This document shows, in pieces, positions 34,172 through 41,495 of a stretch of 64,000 nt of DNA (position 1 is its first letter; each line of letters opens with the position of its first letter). The position numbers and the translations under genes are program-made. A model generated the notes under the pieces. It was not told the origin of the DNA. It did not search any database and saw nothing but the letters and a program-made list of their open reading frames with translations. Origin of the DNA: Candidatus Daviesbacteria bacterium (GTDB lineage Bacteria; Patescibacteriota; Microgenomatia; Daviesbacterales; UBA10151); the NCBI GenBank assembly GCA_016187035.1, contig JACPKL010000008.1, positions 35,990 to 99,989 of the forward strand. Direction: 5' to 3'.

Positions 34172-34822
34172 AGATTTACTGAAAACATTATATATTGCCT
34201 CAAGTTCCTTAGCAACGCTGGCATCATAATATACTAGGGCGAGACACCCTGGATAATTTTCCTTAAATCTCTTTCCTGTATTCGGTTTTAAATAACTCCT
34301 ATGAAATTGGTTTAGGGGGATATCCGTTATCTTACTCCAAAATTGTTTTTGAGTTTCATTGTTGTGGTATTCATGTATATGTACTAGCGCTCGTAATTTA
34401 GACTCATCTACCTTAAAACCAACTCTTAAAAGGTAGAGAAAGTTACTTATTAGAGAAGGATCGGAACTAGTAAATTTTACTGAAGTCAAATTTTTATTTC
34501 CCTCACACCACCAAATCAAGGAACAACAAAGTTTAGCTAACATTTTAGAAAAAGGTATGGTGGATAACATCTCAGAGGCTGTTCTTTCCAGAATTACTCT
34601 ATTTTCCTCACGGGCCTTTTTTCTGATGAAAATACTTTTATATTGACCAATAATCTTTCGTTGTGATAAACGCTCTTGGGCCTTAGAGGACAAAATAATG
34701 CTTGAAAGCCATAATGAGGAAGTACTTTGTGCAATACTAAGTTTAGCTGCGACTTCTTTTATTGAATATCCCCGTTTTCTAAGAAGAATAGCCTCTTCTT
34801 TTACATCAATGGGGTAGGGCAT
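34157..34822 (-). CDS. HTH-domain protein, possibly LAGLIDADG-like homing-endonuclease relative (uncertain)
   Basis: N-terminal HTH GYSIKEVAAKLSIAQSTSSLWL. Later LIWWCEGNKN...FTSSDPSLISNFLYLLRVGF is loosely LAGLIDADG-like. The 3' end overlaps the tRNA-Trp 5' end by 15 nt. Confidence 0.5.
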   Translation of the reverse strand: MPYPIDVKEEAILLRKRGYSIKEVAAKLSIAQSTSSLWLSSIILSSKAQERLSQRKIIGQYKSIFIRKKAREENRVILERTASEMLSTIPFSKMLAKLCCSLIWWCEGNKNLTSVKFTSSDPSLISNFLYLLRVGFKVDESKLRALVHIHEYHNNETQKQFWSKITDIPLNQFHRSYLKPNTGKRFKENYPGCLALVYYDASVAKELEAIYNVFSKSRGVR

Positions 34823-34890
34823 AAGGTTATATAACCATCATAAATGGTTCGAAAATTGTTGTCAAGACTGATCTAAATTGAATTTACATT

Positions 34891-34940
34891 TGATCATTGT
34901 AACATTGAAAACTCACTGAAAATTAGAAATTGAAAATTTA
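34891..34940. repeat. Dispersed about 45-nt repeat (atcattg..cattgaa.actca.tg.aaatt...), copy 1
   Basis: tgatcattgtaacattgaaaactcactgaaaattagaaattgaaaattta. Close match to 37219-37265. Confidence 0.75.
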
Positions 34941-35105
34941 TAACTTTACTTCATTATGGGGAGTAGTTTTCCTGCAGTGTTTACAGAATTTACTCAAAGT
35001 CAGCTTTTCTTTTATCTCTACTGTGTTTTTGCTGTTTGTATAGTTTTTGTTTTTACAAACAGAACACATGAATATAAATAATTGTCTGTTACCCTTTTTA
35101 GCCAT
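34938..35105 (-). CDS. rpmG: 50S ribosomal protein L33 (55 aa; below ORF-track size cut-off)
   Basis: MAKKGNRQLFIFMCSVCKNKNYTNSKNTVEIKEKLTLSKFCKHCRKTTPHNEVKL. Has the two CxxC pairs and the KFC..C.K.T.H.E.K tail of L33. Confidence 0.85.
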   Translation of the reverse strand: MAKKGNRQLFIFMCSVCKNKNYTNSKNTVEIKEKLTLSKFCKHCRKTTPHNEVKL

Positions 35106-35130
35106 AATCAAGTGATTATATCACACTGGG

Positions 35131-35202
35131 AGCCGAAGACGGGAATCGGACCCGTGACCTGCTCCTTACCATGGAGCTGCTCTGCCACTGAGCCACTTCG
35201 GC
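35131..35202 (-). tRNA. trnT: tRNA-Thr (anticodon GGT)
   Basis: Acceptor GCCGAAG/CTTCGGC. D arm GCTC-AGTGGC-AGAGC. Anticodon arm GCTCC-ATGGTAA-GGAGC. T arm ACGGG-TCCGATT-CCCGT (C at position 55 is unusual). CCA not encoded. Confidence 0.8.
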
Positions 35203-35235
35203 GTAAAAACATTTTAGCATAAATCTGTTAAACTT

Positions 35236-35814
35236 ATGATTATGTTATTTGCACCATATATTCTATTGGCTGGGACTGTTTTGGGTATCAATGTGGTGCC
35301 TGTATTAATGCCGCCTACCTGGACTATCCTGGCTTTTTTTGTGACTAAATATGACTTGTCACTCTTGCCGGTAGTCTTAATTGGAGCTACTTGTGCTACC
35401 TTGGGAAGAATTATTTTAGCTGCTATGGCTGGTTCTTTTAGAAGATTTTTGTCAAAAGAGTCTCAGGACAATTACGCCTCAATTGGGGTCTATCTTAATA
35501 CTCATGAGCATATAACAATCCCCCTGGTTATTACCTATGCTTTTATTCCTATTCCATCAAACCATGTTTTTATAGCTGCTGGATTAGCTAAGGTTAGAAT
35601 AAAGCTTTTAGCAGGAGCTTTTTTTGTGGGCAGGTTGATAAGTTATACTTTTTGGGTTAGTTTAACTAGTAGGCTGGCTGATAATTTAGCAGATATTTTT
35701 AGCAGCCATTATTCTAAAATAGGATCTGTGGTGGTTGAAATAGCAGGACTAGCTGCCCTTTATTTTATAGGCAAAATTGCCTGGAAAAAGATTTTAAAAA
35801 GAATAGAGAGATGA
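35236..35814 (+). CDS. Polytopic membrane protein (DedA/VTT-like?)
   Basis: 192 aa, 5 or so TM helices. Family assignment is weak. Confidence 0.5.
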   Translation: MIMLFAPYILLAGTVLGINVVPVLMPPTWTILAFFVTKYDLSLLPVVLIGATCATLGRIILAAMAGSFRRFLSKESQDNYASIGVYLNTHEHITIPLVITYAFIPIPSNHVFIAAGLAKVRIKLLAGAFFVGRLISYTFWVSLTSRLADNLADIFSSHYSKIGSVVVEIAGLAALYFIGKIAWKKILKRIER

Positions 35815-35884
35815 GCCTCCTGGCAGAATCGAACTGCCGTCGACGGTTTACAAAACCGCTACTTTACCACTAAGTTAAGGAGGC
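35814..35884 (-). tRNA. trnT: tRNA-Thr (anticodon TGT)
   Basis: Acceptor GCCTCCT/AGGAGGC. Anticodon arm GCGGT-TTTGTAA-ACCGT. T arm GGCAG-TTCGATT-CTGCC. 71 nt. Confidence 0.85.
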
Positions 35885-35960
35885 AATAGGGTTATATTCT
35901 ACCAGTTTTCAGTTATCAGTTTCTAGTTCTAGAGTATTATGGAAAGAGATACAGGAGTTA

Positions 35961-36014
35961 ACAAAAACTGGAAGATCCGCTATACTCAGTTAGCGGCAGG
36001 TTAAATTCTTCCAG
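35961..36014 (-). terminator. Terminator-like stem-loop followed by TTTTTGT on minus strand
   Basis: Outer stem ctggaaga/tcttccag (35968-75 / 36007-14). Inner stem ccgcta/tagcgg. A5 on the + strand (35963-67) is a T-run on the minus strand. Confidence 0.4.
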
Positions 36015-36064
36015 AAACTTAATGAATAATTTCTCCCTACTAAGTCGTTAGCCAGATTTTCTCC

Positions 36065-36283
36065 TCAGTAGTCTGAGGTGGGTATCCTATGCATTATTCC
36101 TAAGAAGTAATGCAACAGCAGATGTCCCTTAAATTTAAAAAACAGTGAAGAAAAATATTCTGGCTTTAAACGTGCTAAGCAGGGCAGTCCTTCGACTCCA
36201 CCAAGATGACTTGGCTTCGCCTCAGGATTATAATCCTTTAGGCCATCTACTAAATGCCCTTCAGGTACTCTAATCATAACCAT
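36065..36283 (-). CDS. Doubtful 72-aa ORF, partly made of repeat-element sequence
   Basis: HLGGVEGLPCLA is encoded by a cttcgac-type repeat (36190-36230). The only support is the downstream terminator-like hairpin. Confidence 0.2.
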   Translation of the reverse strand: MVMIRVPEGHLVDGLKDYNPEAKPSHLGGVEGLPCLARLKPEYFSSLFFKFKGHLLLHYFLGIMHRIPTSDY

Positions 36284-36322
36284 TTTTTAGTCCTCTTGTC
36301 AAGAGGGATTTTAACAAAGTAA

Positions 36323-36351
36323 TTGACAAAAAAAGATGTGCATGTTAATAT
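36323..36351 (+). promoter_or_regulatory. Sigma70-like promoter TTGACA-17 nt-TAATAT with TGCATGT direct repeats (possible operator)
   Basis: TTGACA at 36323-28 and TAATAT at 36346-51. TGCATGT occurs at 36338-44 and 36351-57. ATG 36360 lies 8 nt after the -10. Confidence 0.55.
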
Positions 36352-36359
36352 GCATGTGT

Positions 36360-36560
36360 ATGTTAAACAAAAGGGTTCACGTTCTTTTTGATAAAGATTT
36401 ATGGAACAATCTAAACAAAGCAGCAAGAGCTGAAAAAGTCTCTGCAGGGGAATTCATCAGAAGAGCTGTTAAACAAGGACTAGAACACAAAAAGGAACTT
36501 CTTAAGCAAAAACAAACACTACCCTTTAAAGGACTTTTTAAACCCAGAGACAGTAAGTAA
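36360..36560 (+). CDS. Ribbon-helix-helix (CopG/Arc-type) DNA-binding protein
   Basis: MLNKRVHVLFDKDLWNNLNKAARAEKVSAGEFIRRAVKQGL is the RHH beta-strand plus two-helix pattern. No toxin gene follows. Confidence 0.65.
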   Translation: MLNKRVHVLFDKDLWNNLNKAARAEKVSAGEFIRRAVKQGLEHKKELLKQKQTLPFKGLFKPRDSK

Positions 36561-36561
36561 T

Positions 36562-37197
36562 CTAAAATCCTAAAGCAGAACTAAATAAGTTGACAAAATA
36601 TCCCAAAAGAGTTTGAAGTAATGTAGATCTCCCAAAGGGAATCATTAAAAAGATTAATAGAATCAAAAAGCCATATCTTTCCAATCTTTGGTACTCCTTG
36701 GCTAAATTAAAAGGTAAAAGTGATAAAAGGATTTTTGATCCATCTAATGGGGGTATAGGGAAAAGGTTAAATATCCCTAATATTAAATTAATCTTAACAC
36801 TAAATTGTAAAATTGCTCCAAGCAGAGAAGGGAAAATCTGAGGTAAAGCATTTAACAAATGAAAGATTAATGCAGCTATAATAGCTAAAATAAAGTTTGA
36901 TAAAATTCCAGCAGCAGCTACAAATAATTCTCCGCGTCTAATATTGGAGAAATTCAATGGATTTACCGGAACTGGCTTGGCCCAACCTAAAAGAATAGGG
37001 GAACCGCTAACTATCAGCAGAATGGGTAATAAAATTGTTCCAAAAAGATCTATATGAGGTATAGGATTTAGAGTTAATCTGCCCATCTTTTGGGCAGTAT
37101 GATCTCCAAACTTTAATGCTACAAGTCCATGCATAACCTCATGGGTGATAACTGAAAAAAGCATTATTATTATTGATAAAGCAAGTAATTCTGGCAT
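36562..37197 (-). CDS. Site-2 protease family (M50) membrane metalloprotease
   Basis: HEVMHGLVA (HExxH) and NLFPIPPLDGSK motifs. Multiple TM segments. Confidence 0.85.
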   Translation of the reverse strand: MPELLALSIIIMLFSVITHEVMHGLVALKFGDHTAQKMGRLTLNPIPHIDLFGTILLPILLIVSGSPILLGWAKPVPVNPLNFSNIRRGELFVAAAGILSNFILAIIAALIFHLLNALPQIFPSLLGAILQFSVKINLILGIFNLFPIPPLDGSKILLSLLPFNLAKEYQRLERYGFLILLIFLMIPFGRSTLLQTLLGYFVNLFSSALGF

Positions 37198-37212
37198 AAG
37201 ATTAATTTTAAA

Positions 37213-37272
37213 TTTTCAATCATTGAATCATTGAACACTCATTGTAAATTGTAAATTGTAAATTGTAAATTG
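37213..37272. repeat. Dispersed repeat copy 2 plus gtaaatt heptamer array (x4)
   Basis: aatcattgaatcattgaacactcattg followed by gtaaatt x4 (37244-37271). Lies in the divergent spacer between the M50 gene and rpmB. Confidence 0.85.
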
Positions 37273-37291
37273 GTATGTTAAACTTAGCCTC

Positions 37292-37504
37292 ATGTTAATA
37301 TGTTCAAGATGCGGTAAGGGAAAAAATACCCTCTCATTTTCCCGTCATAAAAAGGGTTCCTCTGGAGCTGGAGGAGTGTGGGCTTTGCGCGCCCCAATCC
37401 ACAAAAGAGTCCAAAAACCCAACCTCCATATTTATAATGGAAAAAAATACTGCACTAAATGTTTAAGAATAGTTAAAAAAGACGTGTCCGCAATAACTGC
37501 TTAA
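37292..37504 (+). CDS. rpmB: 50S ribosomal protein L28
   Basis: CSRCGKG...SFSRHKKGSSGAGGVWALRAPIHKRVQKPNLH pattern of bL28. Confidence 0.65.
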   Translation: MLICSRCGKGKNTLSFSRHKKGSSGAGGVWALRAPIHKRVQKPNLHIYNGKKYCTKCLRIVKKDVSAITA

Positions 37505-38405
37505 GAGGAAAATCAGGGTAGCCGTTTAAGAAGTCTTTGAAGGATATTGGTTTTTTCCCCTCCATTTGCAATAAATGTTCATCCTTCCTGTCATTCTGAG
37601 CGATTAGCGAAGAATCTTCCATGGATCGGGAAGATTCCTCACTCTGTTTTGGATAACGTATGGGTGGCAAAAATTTAATAATTTTGTTATTCCATTTTGT
37701 CCATACCCCTGGCCAGGGATAATAAGCGCGGATCTCTCTGTCTAATTTTTCAGGTTGGGGAGGATTATTAATATTAAAATAACCATCTTCTTTAACAAAG
37801 TGTTTAGTGTAAGTAGCCTTGGAATGATCTTGGGGGGTAGGATTAATTGATCCTTCCAAGTATTGTTTTATTACCTTTAAAATTAGTTGTCCTCCTAGTT
37901 CATTTAGCTTAGTCAATAAAGTATCTCTAGTTTCTTTGGGAGTCAGTATATATTCCTGTTGGGCTAGTATATCTCCGCTATCTACCTCATCAGTTATTTG
38001 AATGATAGTAACTCCTGAAATCTTGTCTCCATTAAGAATAGCAGTAGGAGCAGGGGAAGGACCTCTATATTTGGGTAAAAGTGAATGATGGATATTTAAT
38101 GGAGCATATTTTGGTAAGGTTAGCAAGTCTTTAGACAGGATTAATCCATAATCTTCCACTACCAAAAAATCACTCTTCAGCTTGGCAATTTTATTTATTA
38201 CTTCCTTGTCTAATTTACTTGTTTCCAAAGTTGGAATATTTAATTCACTGGCTAATTTTTTAACAGGACTATCAGGAATTGTGATAACTAACGATACAGG
38301 AAAGATTGAATAGACAATCTTTAATCCAATAATTGAGTACTTTGTATTCCCAAAAAAAACTAGTTTAAGTTTTGAGTTTTGATTTGAAGTTTTAACATTT
38401 GACAT
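37473..38405 (-). CDS. fmt: Methionyl-tRNA formyltransferase
   Basis: VFFGNT..., NIHHSLLPKYRGPSPAPTAIL, C-terminal LQMEGKKPISFKDFLNGY. Position is downstream of def. Confidence 0.85.
   Translation of the reverse strand: MSNVKTSNQNSKLKLVFFGNTKYSIIGLKIVYSIFPVSLVITIPDSPVKKLASELNIPTLETSKLDKEVINKIAKLKSDFLVVEDYGLILSKDLLTLPKYAPLNIHHSLLPKYRGPSPAPTAILNGDKISGVTIIQITDEVDSGDILAQQEYILTPKETRDTLLTKLNELGGQLILKVIKQYLEGSINPTPQDHSKATYTKHFVKEDGYFNINNPPQPEKLDREIRAYYPWPGVWTKWNNKIIKFLPPIRYPKQSEESSRSMEDSSLIAQNDRKDEHLLQMEGKKPISFKDFLNGYPDFPLKQLLRTRLF
37589..37646. repeat. TGTCAT-type palindromic element, in frame in the fmt C-terminal domain
   Basis: tgtcattctgagcgattagcgaagaatcttcc-atggatc-gggaagattcctcactctg. The arm nearly matches the reverse complement of the right arm of the 6056-6147 element. 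Translated (minus) as about QSEESSRSMEDSSLIAQNDRK. Confidence 0.8.
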
Positions 38406-38422
38406 TTGAGTTTTGAGTTAAA
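38367..38422. repeat. Heptanucleotide-period array, 8 units, spanning fmt codons 1-13, the fmt/def spacer and the def stop
   Basis: aagtttt gagtttt gatttga agtttta acatttg acatttg agttttg agttaaa. The sense strand of fmt reads MSNVKTSNQNSKLK. Confidence 0.85.
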
Positions 38423-39020
38423 TTGTGATTTCTTCAAACATATCTGTACCTGTTTTGTCTTTACCAATAAATTTATAAAATCTGCCTTTTTGCTCAAGGA
38501 CTCTGTCTGAAAATAATATTCCATTTAAATGATCAACCTCATGCTGGAAAATCCAGGCAGCAATACCTTTTAATGTTTTAGTAACCTGGTTACCATTAAT
38601 ATCCTGGTAAGCAACTTTAATGCTGATATGTCTTTTCAACTGGCCCCAGATATTTAGAACAGAAAGGCATCCTTCAAAATAAGTTTTAGTAGCTTTTGAA
38701 TAAGATAAAATTTTGGGATTTATAATAGCAACAAAATCTTTATTGTAGTTTTTCCATCTGGAAGACCTTTGTCCAGGTTCTGGGGGAGGGATATTTTTTG
38801 AATCATGAATTCTGGCTACAAAAAAGCTTTCTTTTAGCCCAACCTGAGTAGCTGCTAATCCAACTCCTTCAGGATCTTGAAAGGTCTGAGTTAGTTTTAC
38901 CATCTCCTTTAAGGTATCTAAAAGAGATGGGTTAAATTTTTTAACCTGTTTACACTGGATTCTAAGTCTTGAGTCAGGCGCTTTCACAACTTTTAAACTG
39001 AGAGAAGTCGGATCTTGCAT
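38418..39020 (-). CDS. def: Peptide deformylase
   Basis: GVGLAATQVG, EGCLS, QHEVDHLNG. Confidence 0.9.
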   Translation of the reverse strand: MQDPTSLSLKVVKAPDSRLRIQCKQVKKFNPSLLDTLKEMVKLTQTFQDPEGVGLAATQVGLKESFFVARIHDSKNIPPPEPGQRSSRWKNYNKDFVAIINPKILSYSKATKTYFEGCLSVLNIWGQLKRHISIKVAYQDINGNQVTKTLKGIAAWIFQHEVDHLNGILFSDRVLEQKGRFYKFIGKDKTGTDMFEEITI

Positions 39021-39097
39021 GAAAGAATTTTAACAGAAAAATTCCTATATTGCATGTATCCTGCTATCCTACCTCGGAGGTAGGAATGAAGCTACAC

Positions 39098-39367
39098 CTA
39101 GGGTCTTCTATTATTTTGAAGTTGATGTAACCGCCACATAAATATTTTGGCTTTGGATTTGGCAGAAGTGTATCCTTTGGTAAAACTCAAAGTTTCCTCC
39201 AAGAGCCTTCTATCCAGCTGTTTGGCCAGTTTAATATATAGGGAATAACGCTTAGTATCTCCTAAGCTTTCTGCTAAGTATATCCCATATTCCTGAAATT
39301 CATGTGCTATATTCTTGGGTCTATCTTTAAACTTAGCATCAGCTATAGCTGTTTTGATGGACTTCAT
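39098..39367 (-). CDS. Hypothetical 89-aa protein
   Basis: ATGA-type 4-nt overlap with the upstream gene. No motif recognised. Confidence 0.45.
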   Translation of the reverse strand: MKSIKTAIADAKFKDRPKNIAHEFQEYGIYLAESLGDTKRYSLYIKLAKQLDRRLLEETLSFTKGYTSAKSKAKIFMWRLHQLQNNRRP

Positions 39368-41403
39368 GGACTTCCTGATTTTGTTGCCTCTTTTAATTGT
39401 TCTAATGCTTCCAGATAATCTGGTTTTAAGTTTAAGGTAGTTTTTAGATTTTCAATTTCTTCATCCTTTTTACCGATACTTTCTAAAATTAAAGCCTTAT
39501 TATAATAAAGCTTAGGATCAGTTGGGGCCAGCTTGATAGCCATATCTAAAGCTTCCAAAGTTTTGTTAACATACTTTTTATCTAAACTAGCTAATTCATA
39601 ATATGTCCTAATAGCTGTTCTCCAAAAAGAAACGTTTTTAGGGCTAATTGTTAAACTGATTTTTAATTGATTTAAAGCCTCATCTTCTAAAGCAGCAGAA
39701 AGAGAAGCGTCAGTTTCTTTTAAAGCAGCAGCAGCCGCAGCTGCAGAATAGCTAAGTTCAGAACGGTAGAACGGCTCTCCTTTATTTAAGTCAGAAGCCA
39801 TGCTTAATAAATTATATGCTTTGCCAGGATTACCTAAATCTGAGGCTTTTTGACCTTGATTGAACAGTGTATCAGCATACCAAAGCTGGAAGATAGAATA
39901 TAGAAGATAGAGGGTGGAAAAAATCACAATCCCTTTAGCTATATTAGTATAAATTTTCCGACGGTAGATGATAGAAAATAGATGATGGAATTTTGAAGCT
40001 GGAAGATGGAAGGTAGAAATAGAATCAGTAGCAACAAAAACCAAAGCAGGAAAAAGGTAAAAAAAGACAGCTATGATAACTACTGAGAATAGGAAGAAGT
40101 TATAGATAAGATAGGAGATATATGAGGCAAGAATACTATAAAGTAGCAGATTTTTGGTTCCTTTGCGTTTTAGTATAAGCGAAGCTTGATACTTCGTATT
40201 AACAATTATAAATTTTATAAAAATTATAATAATTATCAAATAAGTTCCAAATCCTACAATGCCTGTGGTAGCTAGATAATTCAAATACTCATTATGGGCT
40301 TTATTGTATAAAAAATCCCACTCAGAGGTTAAGTTATGCTCCTTTGGCCTGAATTGATAATATGAATAAGCAAATGTCTCCACTCCTGAGCCAAACAAGG
40401 GATAATGTTTAAAAATATCCAGGGCTCCATGCCAGACAATAAACCTGATTTGTCCTGATTCTGTGCCGCCATTTTCCAGTTGTGTACCTACAGAAGGATT
40501 GGAAGGTAAGCTGATGGTAGGTCTTGCTGGAGCAGCAAATTTAGAGACTAACCTGAAAGAGGTTAAAGCAGACCCAAAAAGAACATTAATAACCAGAAAA
40601 CTTAATATTACTATAAGTAATGATTTCAACTTAACTATATTTACGATTCCACCCTTAGGGTGGAGCCTTAGAATATAGAGACCGATAAGAGTGATAAATC
40701 CAACTATTAGGCCTAATGTTGGACCTCTTGAGTAGGTAAAGGTAAAAGCCAGGTAATAAATAACAAGTAGTAAGTAGTAAGTAGTAAGTAGTAAGGGGGA
40801 AGGAGCAGATAAGAAGAAATACAGGGCAGGGAAGATCAACATGGCAAGGTAGGCTGCCATCCAGTTTGGCTGGCCTAAGGTGGCAAAAACTCTTTCATAA
40901 ACTTTTTGCACCCAGCAGTCAGCATTAAATTCTCCTCTTAAAATTACACAGGAAGGTGATACCTGAAAGTGTTCTAAAATTCCCCAGACAGCAATAATCA
41001 GACCTGAAGCTAAGCCTATTTTTAAAAGGGGCTTAATTTTATCTGCTGTAACATTAGATACAAAGGCCCAGTAAAGCAAAAGATAACAGATTATGGATAA
41101 GAGGCCTCCATTGGAGCGTGAATAATAACCCCAGATAGAAGTATGAAGGTCTATTGAGAAAATAGTTGATAAAATATTAGCCCCTAAAAACAGCAGTAAT
41201 GGAATGTCCAAGGGTGTACGATTTAAGATTAAAGATTTATGATTTATGATTTTAAGAAGCCAACTCCCTACTATAACTACAGTCAATCCATAAGTTAAAA
41301 TCATCTTGTTATATTCAAAAAGCTCATAATTTAAAGAGGTCCAAAAAAGAGGAGTTAGAAAAAAGAGAGTATAAAAAGAATAGGAAATAATTTTATCAAG
41401 CAT
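39364..41403 (-). CDS. O-antigen-ligase-like polytopic membrane protein with C-terminal TPR repeats
   Basis: YSRGPTLGLIVGFITL (Wzy_C-like) and NEYLNYLATTGIVG. The C-terminal 150 aa are TPR-like (AYNLLSMASDLNKGEPFY..., YYNKALILESIGKKDEEI). Confidence 0.65.
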   Translation of the reverse strand: MLDKIISYSFYTLFFLTPLFWTSLNYELFEYNKMILTYGLTVVIVGSWLLKIINHKSLILNRTPLDIPLLLFLGANILSTIFSIDLHTSIWGYYSRSNGGLLSIICYLLLYWAFVSNVTADKIKPLLKIGLASGLIIAVWGILEHFQVSPSCVILRGEFNADCWVQKVYERVFATLGQPNWMAAYLAMLIFPALYFFLSAPSPLLLTTYYLLLVIYYLAFTFTYSRGPTLGLIVGFITLIGLYILRLHPKGGIVNIVKLKSLLIVILSFLVINVLFGSALTSFRLVSKFAAPARPTISLPSNPSVGTQLENGGTESGQIRFIVWHGALDIFKHYPLFGSGVETFAYSYYQFRPKEHNLTSEWDFLYNKAHNEYLNYLATTGIVGFGTYLIIIIIFIKFIIVNTKYQASLILKRKGTKNLLLYSILASYISYLIYNFFLFSVVIIAVFFYLFPALVFVATDSISTFHLPASKFHHLFSIIYRRKIYTNIAKGIVIFSTLYLLYSIFQLWYADTLFNQGQKASDLGNPGKAYNLLSMASDLNKGEPFYRSELSYSAAAAAAALKETDASLSAALEDEALNQLKISLTISPKNVSFWRTAIRTYYELASLDKKYVNKTLEALDMAIKLAPTDPKLYYNKALILESIGKKDEEIENLKTTLNLKPDYLEALEQLKEATKSGSP
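39884..40025. repeat. gatagaag/ggaagat-family repeat blocks, in frame in a TM region
   Basis: agctggaagatagaatatagaagatagagggtgg (39884-39917) and ggtagatgatagaaaatagatgatgg...ggaagatggaaggtagaaatagaat (39963-40025). The antisense strand is read as FSTLYLLYSIFQLW / DSISTFHLPASKFHHLFSIIY. Confidence 0.75.
40767..40794. repeat. Heptanucleotide array gtagtaa x4, in frame in a TM region
   Basis: Four exact gtagtaa units, read on the minus strand as LLLTTYYLL. Confidence 0.9.
41221..41255. repeat. aagattt-family heptamer array, in frame
   Basis: atttaag attaaag atttatg atttatg attttaa, read on the minus strand as LKIINHKSLILN. Confidence 0.85.
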
Positions 41404-41465
41404 AAAATACTACCATTATGCTAACAGATAGAATAGATTCAGAGCAAGAGCAGAAGCCTAAAACA

Positions 41466-41474
41466 TGATATAAT
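41466..41474 (+). promoter_or_regulatory. Extended -10 (TGaTATAAT) upstream of VIT-family gene
   Basis: tgatataat at 41466-74, followed by an AGAGGG Shine-Dalgarno and ATG 41496. Confidence 0.4.
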
Positions 41475-41495
41475 CTTTCTAAGAGGGATTCATTA

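Noticed and set aside
34938-35105. Apparent frameshift in rpmG at the T-run near 34980-34982
   Set aside because: On a first pass I mis-indexed line 34921 by one base and saw four T's. Recounting gives TTT (34980-34982) and an intact 55-codon L33 ORF ending at TAA 34938-34940, so there is no frameshift.
36065-36283. 72-aa ORF as the toxin partner of the RHH protein
   Set aside because: It is divergent rather than co-oriented, has no toxin motif, and a third of it is encoded by a dispersed repeat. It is kept only as a low-confidence feature.
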